From the NCBI GenBank assembly GCA_002794465.1, contig MTSL01000125.1:21648-53381 (forward strand): a stretch of DNA of 31,734 bases, in the 5' to 3' direction. The notes under the pieces were generated by a model that saw nothing but the letters and a program-made list of their open reading frames with translations, did no database searches and was not told the DNA's origin. Below, piece after piece: positions 10,403 through 19,836 of the stretch (positions are counted from its first letter, which is position 1; each line of letters opens with the position of its first letter). Made by a program: the position numbers and the translations under genes. The DNA is from Paramicrosporidium saccamoebae KSL3. Its lineage: Eukaryota > Fungi > Cryptomycota.

Positions 10403-12727
10403 CTATGGCATGCGTAGTATAACCGTCTGTCTGATGGGATCAGCAGCGATTAGGTCTAACTCTACGGGCTCGCCCAATATTAGCTGCGACGAGCCAGGAA
10501 TATCACCGTATTGACGTAACGCAAAATCTTTGATAAAGACGTGCAGTTTTCCGGTTTGTGGGCTTCTCTCAACGGGAACGACTGTCACCTTGAGAGGCAT
10601 CCATTCATTGGATTGTCCGCACAAGAGTTGTTCTATGTAGCGAATGGTCCAGAATCGTCTTGATGAGCGTTCCAGCTTTTTCAGATATTGTTCATGGCGA
10701 TACACTGTTGGAATTATTGCTTCTATATATTCGGCAGACTTTGGTTGAGTATTTGCATCTAGTGACAATGAGATTTGATGATGAAGGAGAAGATCAAAAT
10801 AGCGCCGTAGCGGACTCGTAGCCTTGACATATGATGCAAGTCCAAGTCCCCAATGTGGTCGAGGATGGATATCAACTGCGGATGCCTTGAAAAAACTCGC
10901 CAATTTTAGTCGATCATACAAGGAGGCCTCACTGCCGTTTTCTCTGACAATATCTAAAAGACGAAGAAACTCTTCACCTCCCTCTTCGCTTGGATCCAAA
11001 TGGTAGCGGAATGGAACAGAGAGTTTTCTGTCTTGCGCAAACAAAGCTGCCACTCTGCCGGCAATAACCATGCATTCTGTGACAAGAGTGCTACTCCAAT
11101 CGTCTTGGCGATCATCAAGAGTGACTTGCAACGTAGGGCCCATGGGACCTTGATTCCAGACGGTGACTTTGCTACTTGGAATATTACAATTGACAATGCC
11201 CTGTTTTTCGCGGTAACGTAAATGACCACTGATTAGGGAAGAAATATTTTTTAGCACCGTGCCCTCTAGAGTGTCGCTTTGAAGAAGCTCGTTGCACTGG
11301 TCCGGTGTGATCCGCCGGAGATGGGTAACAACGCCTTGACTCACACGGTAATCTGCAATATCTCCATCCGACCCCAATCTTGCAGAAAATGTAATGGTTC
11401 CATTGTATTTTTTCTTTGGATCAAGACTGGCTTTCATGCCAATCTCGAGTGGCAACATAAAGTAGCTATTCTGAGGTAAATACAGCGTACTCGATAGACT
11501 GCGGGCTTGTAGATCAACGACTGAATCGCATGAGATTACACGGGCGGGATCCGCTACGTGCACGTGCAGCCACACCTGGTCACCAACAGTCTGGATGGAA
11601 ATTGCATCATCCACTTCAATTGTACTCTCAGAGTCTATGGCAATGGCAAGATTGTCAAACTGCGTCCTCCCAGAAAAGACTGAAGACTCTTCAGTGTCAA
11701 TTCCGGGAAAGGAAGCTACATCATCAAATGACGTGGTGGCGGCGCTAAACCCGAGTCCACTTTGGTGTTTGGGGACGTCAATTTCTAGCAGGCGGCCCTC
11801 AAGGTTGTATTTTCTGTAAAATGATGTCAAGTCTGCTAGATTGACGAGGGGTTCAATGCCTTGGAGCACATTACTTGCAAACTGAAAGAACGGATTCCAG
11901 GCAGAGTCGTGCCACCCACATATGACTGCTTTGTCTATTAGATTTAAAATTGGTTCAAATTCTGGTTGTGTCAACACGCCATCGGTGGTTTTGGGTTTGG
12001 CCGACTGCAATGCTCTGCGGAACCTGTAAATAATGTTGGTATTCTTTTTCCAATCAGTCTTTCGAAGTTCAAGATCCAGAGCGTCATTTACAAGCTGTTT
12101 CATGTCATTTAAAAGTTTCATGTCATTGCGGCATCTCAAGAAATACGGCCCGGCAGCATATGCACTACTCTGAGCATTTCCATGTGCAGGACACTGAGGT
12201 CGATACATGGAATCGCGACCAAACTTTTCAGTGTACGAGTGGAGATACAAATGAGTGGCGTAGAGTTCCTCGGGCTTTGGAGCATTTCCAAAAACCGAAA
12301 CTGCCAAATCCGATTCGTAAAACAGACTTGCTTCGCCAAGGGGCTTTTGAATAGCGGAAGAGGCTTGCTTGGCCACAGCATCCTCTAAAGACCTATATTG
12401 CTCACTCAAAATACTTCTAGACTTGTCTTCAAATTTCTTTAACACTCGTACAGCGGTGAATCTGTCAATTCCTTCTGCGGGTTTCTCACTGAGAAGCTTT
12501 GAAGTGAAGCGAAGAAAATTGGCCTCTACACTTTTAAAGTGCCCATTGCTCTTGAGAACTTCGATTGGGTTGCTCAAGGGATCCTGTGATTTTTCTGTCG
12601 AGGTCACCAGTCCAAGCACTACATTGCCACCAAATTCCGTAAACTCGACCACATTGCCCCATTGAATAAGTGGCCTAAGCGGTACGGGCTCAGTCAATGC
12701 TCTTATCGAAAGCTGACGAACGAGCAT
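10403..12727 (-). CDS. RNase II/RNB-family exoribonuclease, likely mitochondrial degradosome Dss1-like, 774 aa, intronless
   Basis: AIDSESTIEVDDAISI (catalytic acidic motif), LHVHVADP, STLYLPQ, LVTECMVIAG, HWGLGLASYVKATSPLRRYFDLLLH; N-terminus MLVRQLSIRAL is presequence-like. Confidence 0.85.
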   Translation of the reverse strand: MLVRQLSIRALTEPVPLRPLIQWGNVVEFTEFGGNVVLGLVTSTEKSQDPLSNPIEVLKSNGHFKSVEANFLRFTSKLLSEKPAEGIDRFTAVRVLKKFEDKSRSILSEQYRSLEDAVAKQASSAIQKPLGEASLFYESDLAVSVFGNAPKPEELYATHLYLHSYTEKFGRDSMYRPQCPAHGNAQSSAYAAGPYFLRCRNDMKLLNDMKQLVNDALDLELRKTDWKKNTNIIYRFRRALQSAKPKTTDGVLTQPEFEPILNLIDKAVICGWHDSAWNPFFQFASNVLQGIEPLVNLADLTSFYRKYNLEGRLLEIDVPKHQSGLGFSAATTSFDDVASFPGIDTEESSVFSGRTQFDNLAIAIDSESTIEVDDAISIQTVGDQVWLHVHVADPARVISCDSVVDLQARSLSSTLYLPQNSYFMLPLEIGMKASLDPKKKYNGTITFSARLGSDGDIADYRVSQGVVTHLRRITPDQCNELLQSDTLEGTVLKNISSLISGHLRYREKQGIVNCNIPSSKVTVWNQGPMGPTLQVTLDDRQDDWSSTLVTECMVIAGRVAALFAQDRKLSVPFRYHLDPSEEGGEEFLRLLDIVRENGSEASLYDRLKLASFFKASAVDIHPRPHWGLGLASYVKATSPLRRYFDLLLHHQISLSLDANTQPKSAEYIEAIIPTVYRHEQYLKKLERSSRRFWTIRYIEQLLCGQSNEWMPLKVTVVPVERSPQTGKLHVFIKDFALRQYGDIPGSSQLILGEPVELDLIAADPIRQTVILRMP

Positions 12728-12777
12728 ATTTAAAGAGAAATATTTGTGTTTATGTATGGTTCTAATGGGTGGTTATT

Positions 12778-12821
12778 GTGATGTTTATACGCGCATTATG
12801 GTGGTGTTTATACACGCATTA
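12778..12821. repeat. Two-copy 23-bp direct repeat upstream of the RNB gene
   Basis: gtgatgtttatacgcgcattatg followed by gtggtgtttatacacgcatta. Confidence 0.75.
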
Positions 12822-12907
12822 CTGAAGACCTTTGATTCCTAGATAGATGCTCACACAGAGATATATACATTTCGACTTTTATCGACTAGCCCACAATAAT
12901 TTATTCT

Positions 12908-15900
12908 TTATTGGTTGGAAGACCAAGTAGGGGATTGTGATGCACTGGATTTAAACACTGGTCCCGACGATCCCTTAGTGCTGGTTCCAGCACCTGTGGT
13001 TCCTTCAGTGTTGGATCCACCAGTGCTTCCGACAGACTTGTGCGTGTATGTTTGCGAAATGAATCGAGGCTTTCCTGTGCTGCTCGTGCTGGTAAAGTCA
13101 CTTTCAGAGCCAGAGTCGTCGGTGGTTGGCACCTCGGCATATCTGGGTCCGGGTCCAACTGAGCTGGCCAGTGATTGGTCTTCTCGGCCCCGCTTTGATT
13201 TAATTTTGGCAACAAGAGCATTCATCTTTGGATATGTGACCAGAGCAATGGTCAGGATCATGGCAAAGAGCACGGCAAGGGATCGGAGTAGGAAGGTCTG
13301 TAACACACTTCCTCGGCGGTCGCCCACAGTGTAGTAGAGGGGCACCAGCATGGCGGAGAGAATGATGAAATCCAATGTCTAAAACAGAATTAAATAATCA
13401 TGTAAAGCGTACACAAAGGAACAGAAACTCGGCTTCGTCATAGGCGGTTTGAAGATTTCGTGCCAGCAGAAAGAGAATTGCACAGATTAGCAGTAAAAGA
13501 AGATTGTAGCCAACAAAGATGTATGTAGGCCAGCTGTAACTTGCAGTGGTAGAGGTGGCACAGGCAATAAAGACATAGGTGTTATCGACGGTACTCTGAG
13601 CAATGACAGCATCGGGTAGTCCTCCATCAGCGCCAAGGTATAATACCAGGCAGATCAATGAGGGGAGCATCACCAAGAAAACTACCAGCAGTAGCTCTCC
13701 ATTGTGCATAACCATTGAAACTCCTCCCGTGTTTATCAGCACACGGAAGATGCGCTGAACCTTGACAACAATGCATCTAAACGTGTCAAATTATGGCGAG
13801 TGTTTTACGCAGTGATTAGACCCATACCGATCATTCCAAGGATAGACTTGAAAATGCAGATGAAATCAGTCTGTACCAGTGTCCACATGATTAGGGACAA
13901 CAGAATTAAAATGACACCCCCGAACATTAACCATAGCCAGAGGAGATTGGTTCGACGCACCACACGACTCCTTGCAAAGGCGGTGAAAAAGATGAGAATC
14001 GCCAATGCAGCAAATATGGCAAGCCCTGCCATAATAGCCACTATGGTTGGCCAGAAGCCATTGCCGAATTGCGTGTTTTCAGGAACCAGAACGGAGACTG
14101 GATAGACAGATCCCGTCTTGAACTGGAGGAGATCGTTGGCGATAAAGGGGCCGGTAATGTTCCAAAAGCCAATCTGCTCCGTGGCGGCATTGGAGCGGTA
14201 CTGGTAAATGTCAAAGTTGGAGCGACGACGATCCGGCTGGGTGACATTAAACTGAACCGGACCGGTAAGCCCGTTCATTGAAACAAGAGACAGGGCTTTA
14301 ACGTATTCAGCAGGTGTAAATGTCTCCAAGTTGCACAGGGAGGGAACTTTGAGTTTGGCACAGCGGGTGGGGTTGAATAGTGAATCTAGGGCGTTGTACA
14401 TGATACCAACGGCATCCTGGACGTAATTAACTTGAGGCTAGCAGATTAAAAGGTACAGCTGGGTTCTTACGTCAACTGGGAGAGTGGAAAAGTCTTCATT
14501 GCCTGTGCAGCGACATTCCTCTGTACGTTCATCAATCTCTTCGGGACATGGGGGAATGGTGTCGGATGCATTGAATCGGCAGCGGAACTCACTCTCCCAA
14601 ATGTCCTGGAATTCGGGGTATGGTGCAGTGGATGGATCGACTTGAGTCATGCATGCTCGGAATTGTCCCAGCTGGCCAATCTGTGGGATAATTCCAATCG
14701 TTCCTTCGACAAAGGAGAGGGGAAAGGTAGATCCAGTTCTAGCAATGGTGTGGTTGAATGTTCCTGGCTCCTTTAGGATCGCCCATCGATCTGAAGCAAT
14801 GAATGTGAGTCTGGTGTTGGTAACGTTTCTGTACAAGAATGACAATGCATTGGCAGCATTGACTTCGTCCACTAAATAATGAGACCTTTTCCCAGATACA
14901 TACTCCATAATACTACAACCGAGGCATCGCTGCCGGCCACACAATCAGCAAAACTGGACAATCCACTGATTGAGCCAGGATTGATGCTGTTGGCGCATGT
15001 TACTTTGATGCGCTGACGTCCAGTTTGGGATAGCAGAGCAGTTCGTCCTGATGTTCCGTAAGAGTCGGTTGTGAAGAGGGCGGCGACAAAGCTCCAGCCA
15101 AACAATCTCATTACCTCTGCCATTGCGCGGGCCTGAAAATTGTCAGGTGGGATTGTTCGAAAGAAGGACGGATATGTAGTCTTGTTTGACAAGCTTACGG
15201 AGGAGGCGCCGAAGGACGTAAATGACAACATTTCTGGTCCATTGAGGTATCCAACAGCAGGGATTTGATCGTTGACAAATGGCCCGACTGTCATAAAGAC
15301 GTTGGATTGCTGCAAAAGGAATGCTTGCTGTGTTGCGGAGCTGACAAAGAAATCAGTATTTTGAATTCGATAGGTCATGAAGGATCTAGGCAAGACTCGG
15401 GAATTACTGTTGAGAATATTCAATTGGCACTTAAAGGCCTCGACATATTGGACACCTGCGAGCCAAGGTTTACCATCTTTGGTCACGGGCAATAGAGCCC
15501 CCAACTGATAACTCGTTGCGTTTGCTTCAATCTCGAGAGACTCAAAGGCAACATCCTCGGCAACAAAATTGGTGGCCTCTGGCGATGGAGTCAACGAAGA
15601 GGAGGGTGCTTCAAAGTTACCAACAGTCACGGTAGAATTGGTCTCTTCTGCCAAATTGATCGTAGTAACCTCTCCCGATCCCCCGGAACCAGAATTACCT
15701 GTAGTATTATTCGCCGATCCAGTTGCGGTGTTGGACCCAGTATTTGATCCAGTATTTGATCCAGTATTGGATCCAGTATTGGATCCAGTGTTGGACCCAG
15801 TTGCGGTGTTCGACCCAGTTGCAACATTAGACCCAGTTGCAGCGTTGGATCCGGCATCTGGTGGAACAGCACCCGATGGGGCGGCGCCTGGAGGAACGGC

Positions 15901-16557
15901 ACCTGATGGTGCAGCGCCTGGAGGAACTACGCCTGTTGGGGCGGCGCCTGGGGGAACTACGCCTGTTGGGGCGGCGCCTGGGGGAACTACGCCTGTTGGA
16001 CCAAAACCAGACGGAGCAGCACCGGGGGGAACAAGACCAGACGGAACAGCACCTGGGGGAACAAAACCAGGCGGAACAGCTCCCGATGGAACAAAACCAG
16101 GTGGAACAGCTCCCGGTAGACCAAAACCGGGCTGAGCAGCACCTGGGTTGGATCCCCCACCCAATAGCGCGTCAAGATCGTCAATGTCGCGCACTGTAAC
16201 CGTTCCAGTCACGGATGGTGGTAGTCCTTGGCCTCCTGACTCAACGGGCTGGATTACACTGGGCGGAAGGCCTTGGCCTGGAGGAGCAATAGGAAGTGCA
16301 TCCCATGCGCTCTCAAGAACCTGCGCAATTGTAGGGGGCGACTGTTTCACTTGCTCTCCCCAAAATACATTGAATATTTTTTGCCAAAAACCGACTTGAT
16401 TGTCCATCTGGCTATCCAAAACTTTGTTTGCGGGAATGGTCAGGTCATTAAGGTAGTCATCATCCAGCTCTTCTGGAATTGGCTGTTCCTTACCAGTGGC
16501 CGCAACCAGGAAGATGAAACAAAAGAGCAATAGCCACTGTAAAAGGGGACGCTCCAT
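12908..16557 (-). CDS. Class C (family 3) GPCR 'A': signal peptide, Gly/Pro-rich repeat extension, Venus-flytrap (ANF receptor) domain, 7TM_3; complement(join(12908..13378,13413..13776,13809..14437,14471..14871,14904..16557)), 1172 aa
   Basis: Four GT-AG introns (32, 33, 32, 34 nt) join five ORFs with consistent phases. VFT motifs LGALLP, LSNKTTYPSFFRTIPPDNFQARAM, FGW, DSYG, IASDRW, YVQDAV, GLTGPVQF; seven hydrophobic segments with C...G...KVQRI, ARNL...DE and YPK. Confidence 0.88.
15720..16135 (-). repeat. Coding tandem repeats in the GPCR A ectodomain: 30-bp units (PPGAAPTGVV / PPGAVPSG / PPGFVP, about 15860..16135) and 12-18 bp units (TGSN, about 15720..15850)
   Basis: Read directly from the translation and DNA, e.g. 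ggaactacgcctgttggggcggcgcctgg x3 and ccagtatt(t/g)gat repeated. Confidence 0.9.
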
Positions 16558-16710
16558 CGCTAGTCGAGAATCACTAGTCACTGCTTTCTAATCACTAATG
16601 GAATAAACGAACACTTGAATCGAGGAACGATTTTTCCCTATTAGGCAGGTACGATAACCATAAAGGGGAAATATGCCACATTGAACTTTGGGATTCCTCC
16701 CAATGCCCTG
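16558..16710. promoter_or_regulatory. Putative bidirectional promoter shared by the two class C GPCR genes
   Basis: Only 153 bp separate the two divergent ATGs (16557 minus, 16711 plus). The function is inferred from this geometry alone. Confidence 0.6.
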
Positions 16711-19528
16711 ATGCTACAATATCTAGTTGTAGTATTCGTGCTGTTTGTCTGGGCGTGCCCAGTGGATTGCCAAACGACAACCAAGAAGCTGGACTATGAC
16801 ATTGATCCCGACTACCAAAACGTGTTTGATAGTCAACAGGGCGCTGTCCCGCCGGCTACATTTGATGCTGCTCCAGAGACATTTGTTTATGGGGGGATAG
16901 TCAGTCTTTCTGACTCTAAGGGAAACCCAACCTTTTCCGGCTACGAAGATGCCTTGGCAATGCAATGCGCAATCAGCGACATTAACAAGATTGCTGCTGT
17001 CCGTGGTCCAAACACTACGTTTTACTACAACATTTTCAACGATCAAGCCAGCGCGCCTGTGGCCATGAGAGCAGCTGTAAATCTGCTCACCGGTGGTGTC
17101 CCGGTTACCGTTGGGCCCTCTGGCTCTGATTCTGGCGCTGCGGTTGCCTCGCTGTTTGCCGGATTCAACTATACTGTGCTGTCAGGTTCCACCACTGCGG
17201 ACGTTTTGTCTAATGAAGCTGTCTATGGATCATATTTCCGCACTATCCCATCCGATGCCAGCGCGGCCCAAGCCATTGGCGACGTAATGATCTACTTTAA
17301 CTGGACTTTGGTGTGTCCTGTGTACTCGGGAGACACTTATGGACTCAGCGGACAGCGACAGTTTACCAGCGTTGCCATCGAGAAGAACATTCTTGTGACA
17401 TGCGGTCGTGTCCTCCCTCCTGGCCAGATTACCGGTATCCAGAGCACCATCAACTGCCTCTCTGACAGTCAAGCATCCGTGGTTCTGCTATGGATGCCCG
17501 AGGCGCAAGCTGCCGACGTCATTGGTGCTTTTTACAATAGTTCTTTGCTCCCAGATATAACCTTTGTCGCTCCTGATTCCTGGGGGGATGTCCAAGACGT
17601 ACAAGCATTCTCTAGAGGAATGTTTGACGTATCCTATTTGGAAGGAGCCATTAGTGTCTTGCCAAAAAGAGGAGATCAATCGGCGTTCCTTGAATGTGTG
17701 TCCGAGATTCGGCCCGAAGATGAAGTTGTTCCGTTTGTTGTTGATTATTGGGAAGCAAGTTTAAGATGCATTCTATCCAACGACACGGGCATTGACCTAT
17801 GTCCAAAGAGAATTCAAGATCGATCCGCCTATCCAGATCTTAAATGTCGCTGCAACGAGGAAGATCAGCTAGGAATGCTAAACTACACCCACAAGGTGAA
17901 CTATATCTACGATGCCGTCTTTGCCGTTTACAATGCGTTTGACCAGCTGAATAATAACTGCACCAGTCTATCTGAAACTCTGGGAGAGGACGTTTGTGGC
18001 CTGGAAGAGCTGACTACGAGCGATCTTCAAAAAATCGTGTCAGTCTCAGAGTTTGAAGGCCTCACGGGCATTGTCGCATTTAACGGAAACGATCCCACCA
18101 GTACCATTGACTGTTTTGTCTCACTGTTTAGCGATTGCGTATGAAATATTCCAGCGACGAAGCGACGGATTCCTGGTGCTAATCGGGAATGATACTCCAA
18201 CAACAAATTTAACCATTGGCAGTTCGTTTGCTCAGCTCAGAATCGATGATGCCTTTGAAGCACTGAACGCGACGATTGACAGCTCCAATTTTTACTTTAA
18301 AAATGGCGAAATTCCCATTTCAGCCATTATTCCCTCGGAGATTACGTTTAGTGAAACTCTAGGAATCGTAGCTCTCGTATTTATTGTCATTGGGCTGCTC
18401 ATTTCATTCTCGCTGTCTATTTACTTTTATGTGAACAGGAACGAAAAGGTGATTAAGAAGACTAGTCCCTTTTTCTCGCAGCTCATGTTGTTTGGGATTA
18501 TCCTCTGTATTTGTTCGCAGATTTTTTGGGACGTTTCTCAGTCCACTTGGACCTGCATTGTCAAGATTTGGCTGTTGGCTATTGGGTTTGGTCTGATCAT
18601 GGGAAATTTACTGGCCAAGACGTATCGCATCTTTAAAATTTTCAACAATGCCCGTGTCACTTCGCTTGTTATTCGAGACGTCGACTTGCTCAAATTTACT
18701 GCCGCCATTATTCTTCTCGAGATTATCCTCTTGTGCTTGTACACGTTTACCACGGGCCTCCCCACACCCGTTGTTATTCAGAGTACCTCGGACAGCTTGC
18801 TGAAGATTGTCAAATGCCAAGTTCCGAGCTCCTTTGTCCAGACTGGTGGTACCATCTGGTTGCTTGGTGTCAACTTTTTACTTGTACTGGCAGCTGTAAT
18901 CATTGCATATCTGACAAGAAACGTCGACTCTGCCTTTAACGAGTCCAGGTACATTGCCTACACTGTGTACATCTATCTGCTTGTGACGATCATTCTGCTA
19001 CCTTTGTACTATACTGCTGGTGACAGTTCCAGTAGTAACAGCCGTCAATTTATCATCAGAACAATTGCAATTCTAGTTTCCATGTTCTTCACACTGGGTG
19101 CCCTTTTCGCACCCAAACTTTATCTTGTGTACAAGACCAAGAAGGGTGAGCGCAAGCTGGCCCAAGCCAGTGCAGACAAGGACCAAGGACGCCGTATTGT
19201 CGATTTCGGCAGTACCACCGCTCAAGGTGGCCCAACGACTGCCTACGCTGAAGGATCAACTGTGGGTGGAGGAGCATTTTCTCGGGCTATTCGTGGAATG
19301 GGAGGCATGACAACTACAACATCATCTGGATCTGAAAACGAGCCCACCACAGTTATGCCCGGTGGTCCGCGTATGGCTCGTAGCGGATCGGGTGGTGTGT
19401 CGGGTACTGGATCCGGAAGTGGAACAGGCACGGGTACGGGAACGGGAACAACTTCCTCACGTCCCACAGGAGTTGACTCTAACGAATATAGCAATCTCAT
19501 CAGCAGTTTGGCTAAACGCTCGAAATAG
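16711..19528 (+). CDS. Class C (family 3) GPCR 'B': signal peptide, Venus-flytrap domain, 7TM_3, Ser/Thr/Gly-rich tail; join(16711..18100,18132..19528), 928 aa
   Basis: One 31-nt intron 18101..18131. TVGPSGS, SGSTTADVLSN, YFRTIPSD, FNWT, GDTYG, APDSW, KVNYIYDAV, FEGLTGIVAF; 7TM with IKKTSPFF, TCIVKIW, LLAKTYRIFKIF, TRNVDSAFNESRYI, LFAPKLY. Confidence 0.92.
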
Positions 19529-19589
19529 TTGGATGTTTAGTGAACCGGGAATTCCAATAAAGGGGCCAATACTGACGCGTTATTAAGTT

Positions 19590-19771
19590 GTTGTGAGGTA
19601 TGAGGTGTGTGGTGTGTGATGTGTGATGTGTGATGTGCACTATGGGCTGTATGTCGCAGGGTACGGATTACGGATCACACACCAACCATCATTCATCGTA
19701 CATCATGCACCACACATCATATACCATATACCACATATCATACATCATACATCATACACCACACACTACAC
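19590..19771. repeat. G/T-rich simple repeat (GTGTGAT)n followed by a C/A-rich repeat (CATCATA)n, forming a 33-bp imperfect inverted repeat (19605..19637 with 19734..19766)
   Basis: Arm 1 is gtgtgtggtgtgtgatgtgtgatgtgtgatgtg; the reverse complement of arm 2 is gtgtgtggtgtatgatgtatgatgtatgatatg. They match at 29/33 and all four differences are G:T. Confidence 0.9.
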
Positions 19772-19836
19772 TTGGTGGTTGTCATGGTGGCAGAATTTGT
19801 TTTTATATCATGTACAGTAATCTCCACCCAATTACC

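Noticed and set aside
15569-16199. Plus-strand ORFs with DPV and GAAPGG repeats
   Set aside because: These are stop-free shadows of the coding repeats of GPCR A on the opposite strand.
19765-19774. Minus-strand CAAGTGTAGT matching the U2 snRNA branch-pairing region
   Set aside because: Only 10 nt match, the flanks do not resemble U2, and it sits within a simple repeat.
19630-19836. 69-aa His/Tyr/Ile-rich N-terminal extension on the CE4 ORF
   Set aside because: It is the translation of the simple-repeat hairpin; a proper signal peptide starts at ATG 19837.
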